In this document: positions 13,981 through 26,100 of the stretch, piece by piece
Layout of the letters: every line of letters starts with the position of its first letter
How positions within the stretch are numbered: the first letter of the stretch is position 1
From: Eledone cirrhosa
Taxonomy: Eukaryota
Assembly: GCA_964016885.1 (NCBI GenBank)
Contig: OZ024753.1
Span: forward strand, 21,948,001 to 22,012,000
DNA: 64,000 bases
Reading direction: 5' to 3'
Position numbers and translations under genes: made by a program
Notes under the pieces: model-generated
What the model saw: the letters and a program-made list of their open reading frames with translations, nothing else
What the model was told of the DNA's origin: nothing
Databases searched by the model: none

Positions 13981-16900
13981 TTCAACAAATGTGGCCAGTT
14001 GATGGAAGGTTTAACAAATGTGGCCAGTGATGGAAGGTTTAATGAATGTGGCCAGTGATTGAAGGTTTAATGAATGGGGTCAGTGATGGAAGGTTTAACA
14101 AATGTGGCCAGTGATGGAAGGTTTAACAAATGTGGCCAGTGATGGAAGGTTTAACAAATGTGGAGAGTGATGGAAGGTTTCATGAATGGGGTCAGTGATG
14201 GAAGGTTTAATGAATGTGGCCAGTGATGGAAGGTTTAACAAATGTGGCCAGTGGTGGAAGGTTTAATGAATCTGGCCAGTGATGGAAGGTTTAACAAATG
14301 TGGCTAGTGATGGAAGATTTAACAAATGTGGCCAGTGATGGAAGGTTTAACAAATGTGGTCAGTGACGGAAGGTTTAACAAATGTGGCCATTGATGGAAG
14401 GTTTAACAAATGTGGCCAGTGAAAGAAGGTTTAACAAATCTGGCCAGTGATGGAACTTTTAACAAATGTGGCCAGTGATGGAAGGTTTAATGAATGTGGC
14501 CAGTGATGGAAGGTTTAACAAATGTGGCCAGTGATGGAAGGTTTAACAAATATGGCCAGTGATGGAACGTTTAAAAAATGTGACCAGTGATGGAAGGTTT
14601 AATGAATGTGGCCAGTGATAGAAGGTTTAACAAATGTGGCCAGTGATGGAAGGTTTAACAAATGTGGCCAGTGATGGAAGGTTTAACAACTGTGGCCAGT
14701 GATGGGAGGTTTAATGAATGTGGCCAGTGATAGAAGGTTTAACAAATGTGGCCAGTGGTGGAAGGTTTAACAAATGTGGCCAGTGATGGAAGGTTTAACA
14801 AATGTGGCCAGTGATGGAAGGTTTAACAACTGTGGCCAGTGTTGGAAGGTTTAAGAAACGTAGCCAGTGATGGAACATATGATGAATGTGGCCAGTGATG
14901 GACGGTTTAACAAATGGGGTCAGTGATGGGAGGTTTAATGAATGTGGCCAGTGATGGAAGGTTTAATGAATGTGGCCAGTGATGGAAGGTTTAACAAATG
15001 TGGCCAGTTATGGAAGGTTTAACAACTGTGGCCAGTGATGGTAGGTTTAACAAATGTGGCCAGTGATGGAAGGTTTAACAAATGTGGCCAGTGATGGAAG
15101 GTTTAACAAATGTGGCCAGTGATGGAAGGTTTAACAACTGTGGCCAGTGATGGGAGGTTTAATGAATGTGGCCAGTGATGGAAGGTTTAATGAATGTGGC
15201 CAGTGATGGAAGGTTTAACAAATGTGGCCAGTGATGGAAGGTTTAACAAATGTGGCCAGTGATGGAAGGTTTAACAACTGTGGCCAGTGATGGGAGGTTT
15301 AATGAATGTGGCCAGTGATGGAAGGTTTAATGAATGTGGCCAGTGATGGAAGGTTTAACAAATGTGGCCAGTTATGGAAGGTTTAACAACTGTGGCCAGT
15401 GATGGTAGGTTTAACAACTGTGGCCATTGATGGAAGGATTAACAAATGTGGCCAGTGATGGAAGGTTTAACAACTGTGGCCAGTGATGGAATGTTTAACA
15501 AATGTGGCCAGTGATGGAAGGTTTAACAACTGTGGCCAGTGATGGAAGGTTTAACAACTGTGGCCAGTGATGGAAGGTTGAACTAATGTGGCCAGTGATG
15601 GAAGGTTTAACAACTGTGGCCAGTGATGGAAGTTTTAACAAATGTGGCCAGTTATGGAAGGTTTAACAAATGTGGCCAGTGATGGAAGGTTTAACAAATG
15701 TGGCCAGTGATGGAAGGTTTAATGAATGTGGCCAGTGATGGAAGGTTTAACAAATGTGGCCAGTGGTGGAAGGTTTAACAACTGTGGCCAGTGATGGAAG
15801 GTTTAACAACTGTGGCCAGTGATGGAAGGTTTAACAAATGTGGCCAGTTATGGAAGATTTAACAACTGTGGCCAGTTATGGAAGGTTTAATGAATGTGGC
15901 CAGTGATGGAAGATTTAACAAATGTGGCCAGTGATGGAAGGTTTAACAATTGTGGCCAGTTATGGAAGGTTTAACAAATGTGGCCAGTGATGGGAGGTTT
16001 AAAAAATGTGGCCAGTGATGGAAGGTTTAATGAATGTGGCCAGTGATGGAAGGTTTAACATATGTGGCCAGTGATGGAAGGTTTAATAACTGTGGCCAGT
16101 GATGGAAGGTTTAACAACTGTGGCCAGTGATGGAAGATTTAACAAATGTGGCCAGTGATGGAAGGTTTAATAACTGTGGCCAGTGATGGAAGATTTAACA
16201 AATGTGGCCAGTGATGGAAGATTTAAGAAATGTGGCCAGTGATGGAAGGTTTTACAAATGTGGCCAGTGATGGATGGTTTAACAAATGTAGCCAGTGATG
16301 GAAGGTTTAATGAATGTGGCCAGTGATGGAAGGTTTAACAAATGTGGCCAGTGGTGGAAGGTTTAACAAATGTGGCCAGTGATGGAAGGTTTAATGAATG
16401 GGGGCAGTGATGGAAGGTTTAACAAATGTGGCCAGTGATGGAAGGTTTAACAAATGTGGCCAGCGATGGAAGGTTTAATAAATGTGGCCAGTGATGGAAG
16501 GTTTAACAACTGTGTCCAGTAATGGAAGGTTTAACAAATGTGGCCAGTGATGGAAGGTTTAATGAACTTTGCCAGTGATGGAAGGTTTAATGAATGGGGC
16601 CAGTGATGGAAGGTTTAAAAACTGTGGCAAGTGATGGAAGGTTTAATGAATGTGGCCAGTGATGGAAGGTTTAATAAATGTGGCCAGTGATGGAAGGTTT
16701 AACAAATGTGGCCTGTGGTGGAAGGTTTAATGAATGTGGCCAGTGATGGAAGGTTTAATATCTGTGGCCAGTGATGGAAGGTTTAACAACTGTGGCCAGT
16801 GATGGAAGGTTTAACAAATGTGGCCAGTGGTGGAAGGTGTAACAAATGTGGACAGTGATGGAAGGTTTAATGAATGGGGTCAGTGATGGAAGGTTTAAAA

Positions 16901-19900
16901 AATGTGGCTAGTGAAGGAAGGTTTAACAAATGTGGCCAGTGATGGAAGGTTTAACAAATGTGGCCAGTGGTGGAAGGTTTAATGAATGTGGCCAGTGATG
17001 GAAGGTGTAACAAATGTGGCCAGTTATGGAAGGTTTAACAAATGTGGCCAGTGATGGAAGGTATAACAACTGTGGCCAGTGATGGAAGATTTAACAAATG
17101 TGGCCAGTGGTGGAAGGTTTAACAAATGTGGTCAGTGACGGAGGGTTTAACAAATGTGGCCATTGATGGAAGGTTTATCAAATGTGGCCAGTGAAGGAAG
17201 GTTTAACAAATCTGGCCAGTGATGGAACTTTTAACAAATGTGGCCAGTGATGGAAGGTTTAATGAATGTGGCCAGTGATGGAAGGTTTAACAACTGTGGC
17301 CAGTGATGGAAGGTTTAACAAATGTGGCCAGTGATGGAAGGTTTAACAAATATGGCCAGTGATGGAAGGTTTAACAAATGTGGCCAGTGATGGAAGGTTT
17401 AACAAATGTGGCCAGTGATGGAAGGTTTAACAAATGTGGCCAGTGATGGAAGGTTTAATGAATGTGGCCAGTGATGGAAGGTTTAACAAATGTGGCCAGT
17501 GGTGGAAGATTTAACAAATGTGGCCAGTGATGGAAGGTTTAATGAATGGGGTCAGTGATGGAAGGTTTAACAAATGTGGCCAGTGATGGAAGGTTTAACA
17601 AATGTGGCCAGTGATGGAAGGTTTAACAAATGTGGAGAGTGATGGAAGGTTTCATGAATGGGGTCAGTGATGGAAGGTTTAACAAATGTGGCCAGTGATG
17701 GAAGGTTTAACAAATGTGGTCAGTGATGGAAGGTTTAATAAATGTGGCCAGTGATGGAAGGTTCAACAAATGTGGCCAGTTGATGGAAGGTTTAACAAAT
17801 GTGGCCAGTGATGGAAGGTTTAATGAATGTGGCCAGTGATTGAAGGTTTAATGAATGGGGTCAGTGATGGAAGGTTTAACAAATGTGGCCAGTGATGGAA
17901 GGTTTAACAAATGTGGCCAGTGATGGAAGGTTTAACAAATGTGGAGAGTGATGGAAGGTTTCATGAATGGGGTCAGTGATGGAAGGTTTAACAAATGTGG
18001 CCAGTGATGGAAGGTTTAACAAATGTGGCCAGTGATGGAAGGTTTAATGAATGTGGCCAGTGATTGAAGGTTTCATGAATGTGGCCAGTGATGGAAACTT
18101 TAACACATGTGGCCAGTGATGGAAGGTTTAACAAATGTGGCCAGTGATGGAAGGTTTAACAAATGTGGCCAGTGATGGAAGATTTAACAAATGTGATCAG
18201 TGATGGAAGGTTTAACAAATGTGGCCAGTGATGGAAGGTTTAACAAATGTGGCCTGTGATGGAAGGTTTAATGAATGTGGCCAGTGATGGAAGGTTTAAC
18301 AACCGTACCCAGTGGTGGAACATATGATGAATGTGACCAGTGATGGAAGGTTTAATGAATGTGGCCAGTGATGGAAGGTTTAACATATGTGGCCAGTGAT
18401 GGAAGGTTTAATGTATGTGGCCAGTGATGGAAGGTTTAACAAATGTGGCCAGTGATGGAAGGTTTAATGAATGTGGCCAGTGATGGAAGGTTTAACAAAT
18501 GTGGCCAGTGATGGAAGGTTTAACAAATGTGGCCAGTGATGGAAGATTTAACAAATGTGGCCAGTGATGGAAGGTTTAACAAATGTGGCCAGTGATGGAA
18601 GGTTTAATAACTGTGGCCAGTGATGGAAGATTTAACAAATGTGGCCAGTGATGGAAGGTTTAACAAATGTGGCCAGTGATGGAAGGTTTAACAAATGTGA
18701 CCAGTGATGGAAGGTTTAACAAATGTGGCCAGTGATGGAAGATTTAACAAATGTGGCCAGTGATGGAAGGTTTAACAAATGTGGCCAGTGATGGAAGGTT
18801 TAACAAATGTGACCAGTGATGGAAGGTTTAACAAATGTGGCCAGTGATGGAAGATTTAACAAATGTGGCCAGTGATGGAAGGTTTAATGAATGGGGTCAG
18901 TGATGGAAGGTTTAATGAATGGGGTCAGTGATGGAAGGTTTAACAAATGTGGCTAGTGATAGAAGGTTTAACAAATGTGGCCAGTGATGGAAGGTTTAAT
19001 GAATGGGGTCAGTGATGGAAGGTTTAATGAATGGGGTCAGTGATGGAAGGTTTAACAAATGTGGCTAGTGATAGAAGGTTTAACAAATGTGGCCAGTGAT
19101 GGAAGGTTTAACAAATGTGGCCAGTGATGGAAGGTTTAACAAATGTGACCAGTGATGGAAGGTTTAACAAATGTGGCCAGTGATGGAAGATTTAACAAAT
19201 GTGGCCAGTGATGGAAGGTTTAATGAATGGGGTCAGTGATGGAAGGTTTAATGAATGTGGCCAGTGATGGAAGGTTTAATGAATGGGGTCAGTGATGGAA
19301 GGTTTAACAAATGTGGCCAGTGATGGAAGGTTTAACAAATGTGGCCAGTGATGGAAGATTTAACAAATGTGGCCAGTGATGGAAGGTTTAATGAATGGGG
19401 TCAGTGATGGAAGGTTTAACAAATGTGACCAGTGATGGAAGGTTTAACAAATGTGGCCAGTGATGGAAGATTTAACAAATGTGCCCAGTGATGGAAGGTT
19501 TAACAAATGTAGCCAGTGATGGAAGGTTTAACAAATGTGGCCAGTGGTGGAAGGTTTAAGGAATGTGGCCAGTGATGGAAGGTTTAACAAATGTGGCCAG
19601 TGATGGAAGGTTTAACAAATGTGGCCAGTGATGGAAGATTTAACAAATGTGGCCAGTGATGGAAGGTTTAATGAATGGGGTCAGTGATGGAAGGTTTAAC
19701 AAATGTAGCCAGTGATGGAAGGTTTAACAAATGTGGCCAGTGATGGAAGTTTTAACAAATGTGGCCAGTGATGGAGGGTTTAATAAATGTGCCCAGTGAT
19801 GGAAGGTTTAACAAATGTAGCCAGTGATGGAAGGTTTAACAAATGTGGCCAGTGGTGGAAGGTTTAAGGAATGTGGCCAGTGATGGAAGGTTTAACAACT

Positions 19901-22900
19901 GTGGCCAGTGATGGACGGTTTAACAACTGTGGCCAGTGATGGAAGGTTTAACAACTGTGGCCAGTGATGGAAGGTTTAAGGAATGTGGCCAGTGATGGAA
20001 GGTTTAACAACTGTGGCCAGTGATGGAAGGTTTAACAACTGTGGCCAGTGATGGAAGGTTTAACAACTGTGGCCAGTGATGGAAGGTTTAAGGAATGTGG
20101 CCAGTGATGGAAGGTTTAACAACTGTGGCCAGTGATGGACGGTTTAATGAATGTGGCCAGTGATGGAAGGTTTAACAAATGTGGCCAGTGATGGAAGGTT
20201 TAACAAATGTGGCCAGTGAGGGAAGGTTTGGCCAGTGATGGAAGGTTTAACAAATGTGGCCGGTGGTGGAAGGTTTAACAAATGTGGCCAGTGATGGAAG
20301 GTTTAATGAATGGGGTCAGTGATGGAAGGTTTAATGAATGTGGCCAGTGATGGAAGGTTTAACAAATGTGGCCAGTGATGGAACGTTTAACAAATGTGGC
20401 CAGTGATGGAAGGTTTAACAAATGTGGCCAGTGATGGAACGTTTAACAAATGTGGCCAGTGATGGAAGGTTTAACAACCGTACCCAGTGGTGGAACATAT
20501 GATGAATGTGGCCAGTGATGGAAGGTTTAACAAATGTGGCCAGTCATGGAAGGTTTAACAAATGTGGCCAGTGATGGAAGATTTAACAAATGTGGCCAGT
20601 GATGGAAGGTTTAATAACTGTGGCCAGTGATGGAAGATTTAACAAATGTGGCCAGTGGTGGAAGATTTAACAAATGTAGCCAGTGATGGAAGGTTTAATA
20701 AATGTGCCCAGTGATGGAAGGTTTAACAAATGTAGCCAGTGATGGAAGGTTTAACAAATGTGGCCAGTGATGGAAGGTTTAATGAATGGGGTCAGTGATG
20801 GAAGGTTTAACAAATGTGGCCAGTGATGGAAGGTTTAACAAATGTGGCCAGTGATGGAAGTTTTAACAAATGTGGCCAATGGTGGAAGGTTTAACAAATG
20901 TGGCCAGTGATGGAACGTTTAACAAATGTGGCCAGTGATGGAAGGTTTAACAACCGTACCCAGTGGTGGAACATATGATGAATGTGGCCAGTGATGGAAG
21001 GTTTAACAAATGTGGCCAGTCATGGAAGGTTTAACAAATGTGGCCAGTGATGGAAGATTTAACAAATGTGGCCAGTGATGGAAGGTTTAATAACTGTGGC
21101 CAGTGATGGAAGATTTAACAAATGTGGCCAGTGGTGGAAGATTTAACAAATGTAGCCAGTGATGGAAGGTTTAATAAATGTGGCCAGTGATGGAAGGTTT
21201 AACAAATGTGGCCAGTGATGGAACGTTTAACAAATGTGGCCAGTGATGGAAGGTTTAACAACCGTACCCAGTGGTGGAACATATGATGAATGTGGCCAGT
21301 GATGGAAGGTTTAACAAATGTGGCCAGTCATGGAAGGTTTAACAAATGTGGCCAGTGATGGAAAATTTAACAAATGTGGCCAGTGATGGAAGGTTTAATA
21401 ACTGTGGCCAGTGATGGAAGATTTAACAAATGTGGCCAGTGGTGGAAGATTTAACAAATGTGGCCAGTGATGGAAGATTTAACAAATGTGGCCAGTGATG
21501 GAAGGTTTAATAAATGTGGCCAGTGATGGAAGGTTTAACAAATGTGGCCAGTGGTGGAAGGTTTAACAAATGTGGCCAGTGATGGAAGGTTTAATGAATG
21601 GGGTCAGTGATGGAAGGTTTAACAAATGTGGCCAGTGATGGAAGGTTTAACAAATGTGGCCAGTGATGGAAGTTTTAACAAATGTGGCCAGTGGTGGAAG
21701 GTTTAACAAATGTGGCCAGTGATGGAAGGCTTAATGAATGTGGCCAGTGATGGAAGGTGTAACAAATGTGGCCAGTGATGGAAGGTGTAACAAATGTGGC
21801 CAGTGATTGAAGGTTTAATGAATGGGGTCAGTGATGGAAGGTTTAACAAATGTGGCCAGTGATGGAAGTTCTAACAAATGTGGCCAGTGGTGGAAGGTTT
21901 AACAACTGTGGCCTGTGATGGAAGGTTTAACAAATGTGGCCAGTGATGGAAGGTTTAATGAATGTGGCCAGTTATGGAAGGTTTAACAATTGTGACCAGT
22001 CATGGAAGGTTTAACAAATGTGGCCAGTGATGGAAGGTTTAATGAATGTGGCCAGTGATGGAAGGTTTAAAAACTGTGGCCAGTGATGGAAGGTTTAACA
22101 ACTGTGGCCAGTGATGGAAGGTTTAACAAATGTGGCCAGTGATGGAAGGTTTAACAAATGTGGCCAGTGATGGAAGGTTTAACAAATGTGGCCAGTGATG
22201 GAAGGTTTAACAACTGTGGCCAGTGATGGAAGGTTTAACAAATGTGGCCAGTGATGGAAGGTTTAAGGAATGTGGCCAGTGATGGAAGGTTTAACAACTG
22301 TGGCCAGTGATGGACGGTTTAATGAATGTGGCCAGTGATGGAAGGTTTAACAAATGTGGCCAGTGATGGAAGGTTTAACAAATGTGGCCAGTGAGGGAAG
22401 GTTTGGCCAGTGATGGAAGGTTTAACAAATGTGGCCGGTGGTGGAAGGTTTAACAAATGTGGCCAGTGATGGAAGGTTTAACAAATGTGGACAGTGATGG
22501 AAGGTTTCATGAATGGGGTCAGTGATGGAAGGTTTAATGAATGTGGCCAGTGATGGAAGGTTTAACAAATGTGGCCAGTGATGGAACGTTTAACAAATGT
22601 GGCCAGTGATGGAAGGTTTAACAAATGTGATCAGTGATGGAAGGTTTAACAAATGTGGCCAGTGATGGAAGGTTTAACAACTGTGGCCTATGATGGAAGG
22701 TTTAACAAATGTGGCCAGTGATGGAAGATTTAATAAATGTGGCCAGTGATGGAAGGTTTAACAAATGTGGCCAGTGATGGAAGGTTTAATAACTGTGGCC
22801 AGTGATGGAAGATTTAACAAATGCGGCCAGTGATGGAAGGTTTAATGAATGTGGCCAGTGATGGAAGGTTTAACAAATGTGGCCAGTGATGGAAGGTTTA

Positions 22901-23113
22901 ACAAATGTGGCCAGTGATGGATGGTTTAACAAATGTGGCCAGTGATGGAAGGTTTAATGAATGGGGTCAGTGATGGAAGGCTTAACAAATGTGGCCAGTG
23001 ATGGAAGGTTTATCAAATGTGACCTGTGATGGAAGCTTTAACAAATGTCGCCAATGATGGAAGGTTTAACAACTGTGGCCAGTCATGGATGGTTTAACAA
23101 ATGTGGCCAGTGA

Positions 23114-26100
23114 TGGAAGATTTAACAAATGTGGCCAGTGATGGAGGGTTTAATAAATGTGCCCAGTGATGGAAGGTTTAACAAATGTAGCCAGTGATGG
23201 AAGGTTTAACAAATGTGGCCAGTGGTGGAAGGTTTAACAAATGTGGCCAGTGATGGAAGTTTTAACAAATGTGGCCAGTGGTGGAAGGTTTAACAAATGT
23301 GGCCAGTGATGGAAGTTTTAACAAATGTGGCCAGTGGTGGAAGGTTTAACAAATGTGGCCAGTGATGGAAGGCTTAATGAATGTGGCCAGTGATGGAAGG
23401 TGTAACAAATGTGGCCAGTGATGGAAGTTTTAACAAATGTGGCCAGTGATGGAAGTTTTAACAAATGTGGCCAGTGATGGAAGTTTTAACAAATGTGGCT
23501 AGTGGTGGAAGGTTTAACAACTGTGGCCAGTGATGGAAGGTTTAACAAATGTGGCCAGTGATGGAAGGTTTAATGAATGTGGCCAGTTATGGAAGGTTTA
23601 ACAATTGTGACCAGTCATGGAAGGTTTAACAAATGTGGCCAGTGATGGAAGGTTTAATGAATGTGGCCAGTGATGGAAGGTTTAATGAATGTGGCCAGTG
23701 ATGAAAGGTTTAACAAATGTGATCTGTGATGGAAGGTGTAACAAATGTGGCCAGTGATGGAAGGTTTAATGAATGTGATCTGTGATGGAAGGTTTAACAA
23801 ATGTGGCCAGTGATGGAAGGTTTAACAAATGTGATCTGTGATGGAAGGTTTAACAAATGTGGCCAGTGATGGAAGGTTTACCAAATGTGGCCAGTGATGG
23901 AAGGTTTAACAACTGTGGCCAGTGATGGAAGGTTTAACAAATGTGGCCAGTGATGGAAGGTTTAACAACTGTGGCCAGTGATGGAAGGTTTAACAAATGT
24001 GGCCAGTGATGGAAGGTTTAATGAATGTGGCCAGTGATGGAAGGTTTAACAACTGTGGCCAGTGATGGACGGTTTAATGAATGTGGCCAGTGATGGAAGG
24101 TTTAACAAATGTGGCCAGTGATGGAAGGCTTAACAAATGTGGCCAGAGATGGAAGGTTTAACAAATGTGGCCAGTGATGGAAGGTTTAACAAATGTGGCC
24201 AGTGATGGAAGGTTTAATGAATGTGGCCAGTGATGGAAGGTTTAACAAATGTGGCCAGTGATGGAAGGTTTAATGAATGTGGCCAGTGATGGAAGGTTTA
24301 ACAAATGTGGCCAGTGGTGGAAGGTTTAACAAATGTGGCCAGTGATGGAAGGTTTAATGAATGTGGCCAGTGATGGAAGGTTTAACAAATGTGGCCAGTG
24401 ATGGAAGGTTTAATGAATGTGGCCAGTGATGGAAGGTTTAACAAATGTGGCCAGTGGTGGAAGGTTTAACAACTGTGGCCAGTGATGGAAGGTTTAACAA
24501 CTGTGGCCAGTGATGGAAGGTTTAACAAATGTGGCCAGTTATGGAAGATTTAACAACTGTGGCCAGTTATGGAAGGTTTAATGAATGTGGCCAGTGATGG
24601 AAGATTTAACAAATGTGGCCAGTGATGGAAGGTTTAACAATTGTGGCCAGTTATGGAAGGTTTAACAAATGTGGCCAGTGATGGGAGGTTTAAAAAATGT
24701 GGCCAGTGATGGAAGGTTTAATGAATGTGGCCAGTGATGGAAGCTTTAACAACTGTGGCCAGTGATGGAAGGTTTAATAACTGTGGCCAGTGATGGAAGG
24801 TTTAACAACTGTGGCCAGTGATGGAAGATTTAACAAATGTGGCCAGTGATGGAAGATTTAAGAAATGTGGCCAGTGATGGAAGGTTTTACAAATGTGGCC
24901 AGTGATGGAAGGTTTAACAAATGTAGCCAGTGATGGAAGGTTTAATGAATGTGGCCAGTGATGGAAGGTTTAACAAATGTGGCCAGTGGTGGAAGGTTTA
25001 ACAAATGTGGCCAGTGATGGAAGGTTTAATGAATGGGGGCAGTGATGGAAGGTTTAACAAATGTGGCCAGCGATGGAAGGTTTAACAAATGTGGCCAGTG
25101 ATGGAAGGTTTAACAACTGTGTCCAGTAATGGAAGGTTTAACAAATGTGGCCAGTGATGGAAGGTTTAATGAACTTTGCCAGTGATGGAAGGTTTAATGA
25201 ATGGGGCCAGTGATGGAAGGTTTAAAAACTGTGGCAAGTGATGGAAGGTTTAATGAATGTGGCCAGTGATGGAAGGTTTAATAAATGTGGCCAGTGATGG
25301 AAGGTTTAACAAATGTGGCCTGTGGTGGAAGGTTTAATGAATGTGGCCAGTGATGGAAGGTTTAATATCTGTGGCCAGTGATGGAAGGTTTAATAAATGT
25401 GGCCAGTGATGGAAGGTTTAACAAATGTGGACAGTGATGGAAGGTTTAATGAATGGGGTCAGTGAGGGAAGGTTTAAAAAATGTGGCTAGTGAAGGAAGG
25501 TTTAACAAATGTGGCCAGTGATGGAAGGTTTAACAAATGTGGCCAGTGGTGGAAGGTTTAATGAATGTGGCCAGTGATGGAAGGTTTAACAAATGTGGCC
25601 AGTGATGGAATGTATAACAACTGTGGCCAGTGATGGAAGATTTAACAAATGTGGCCAGTGGAGGAAGATTTAACAAATGTGGCCAGTGATGGAAGGTTTA
25701 ACAAATGTGGCCAGTGATGGAAGGTTTAACAAATGTGGTCAGTGATGGAAGGTTTAATGAATGGGCCATTGATGCAAGGTTTAACAAATGTGGCCAGTGA
25801 TGGAAGGTTGAATGAATGTGGCCAGTGATGGAAGGTTTAACAAATGTGGCCAGTGATGGAAGGTTTAATGAATGGGCCAGTGATGGAAAGTTTAACACAT
25901 GTGGCCAGTGATGGAAGGTTTAACAAATGTGGCCAGTGATGGAAGGTTTAACAAATGTGGTCAGTGATGGAAGGTTTAATAAATGTGGCCAGTGATGGAA
26001 GGTTCAACAAATGTGGCCAGTTGATGGAAGGTTTAACAAATGTGGCCAGTGATGGAAGGTTTAATGAATGTGGCCAGTGATTGAAGGTTTAACAGATGTG

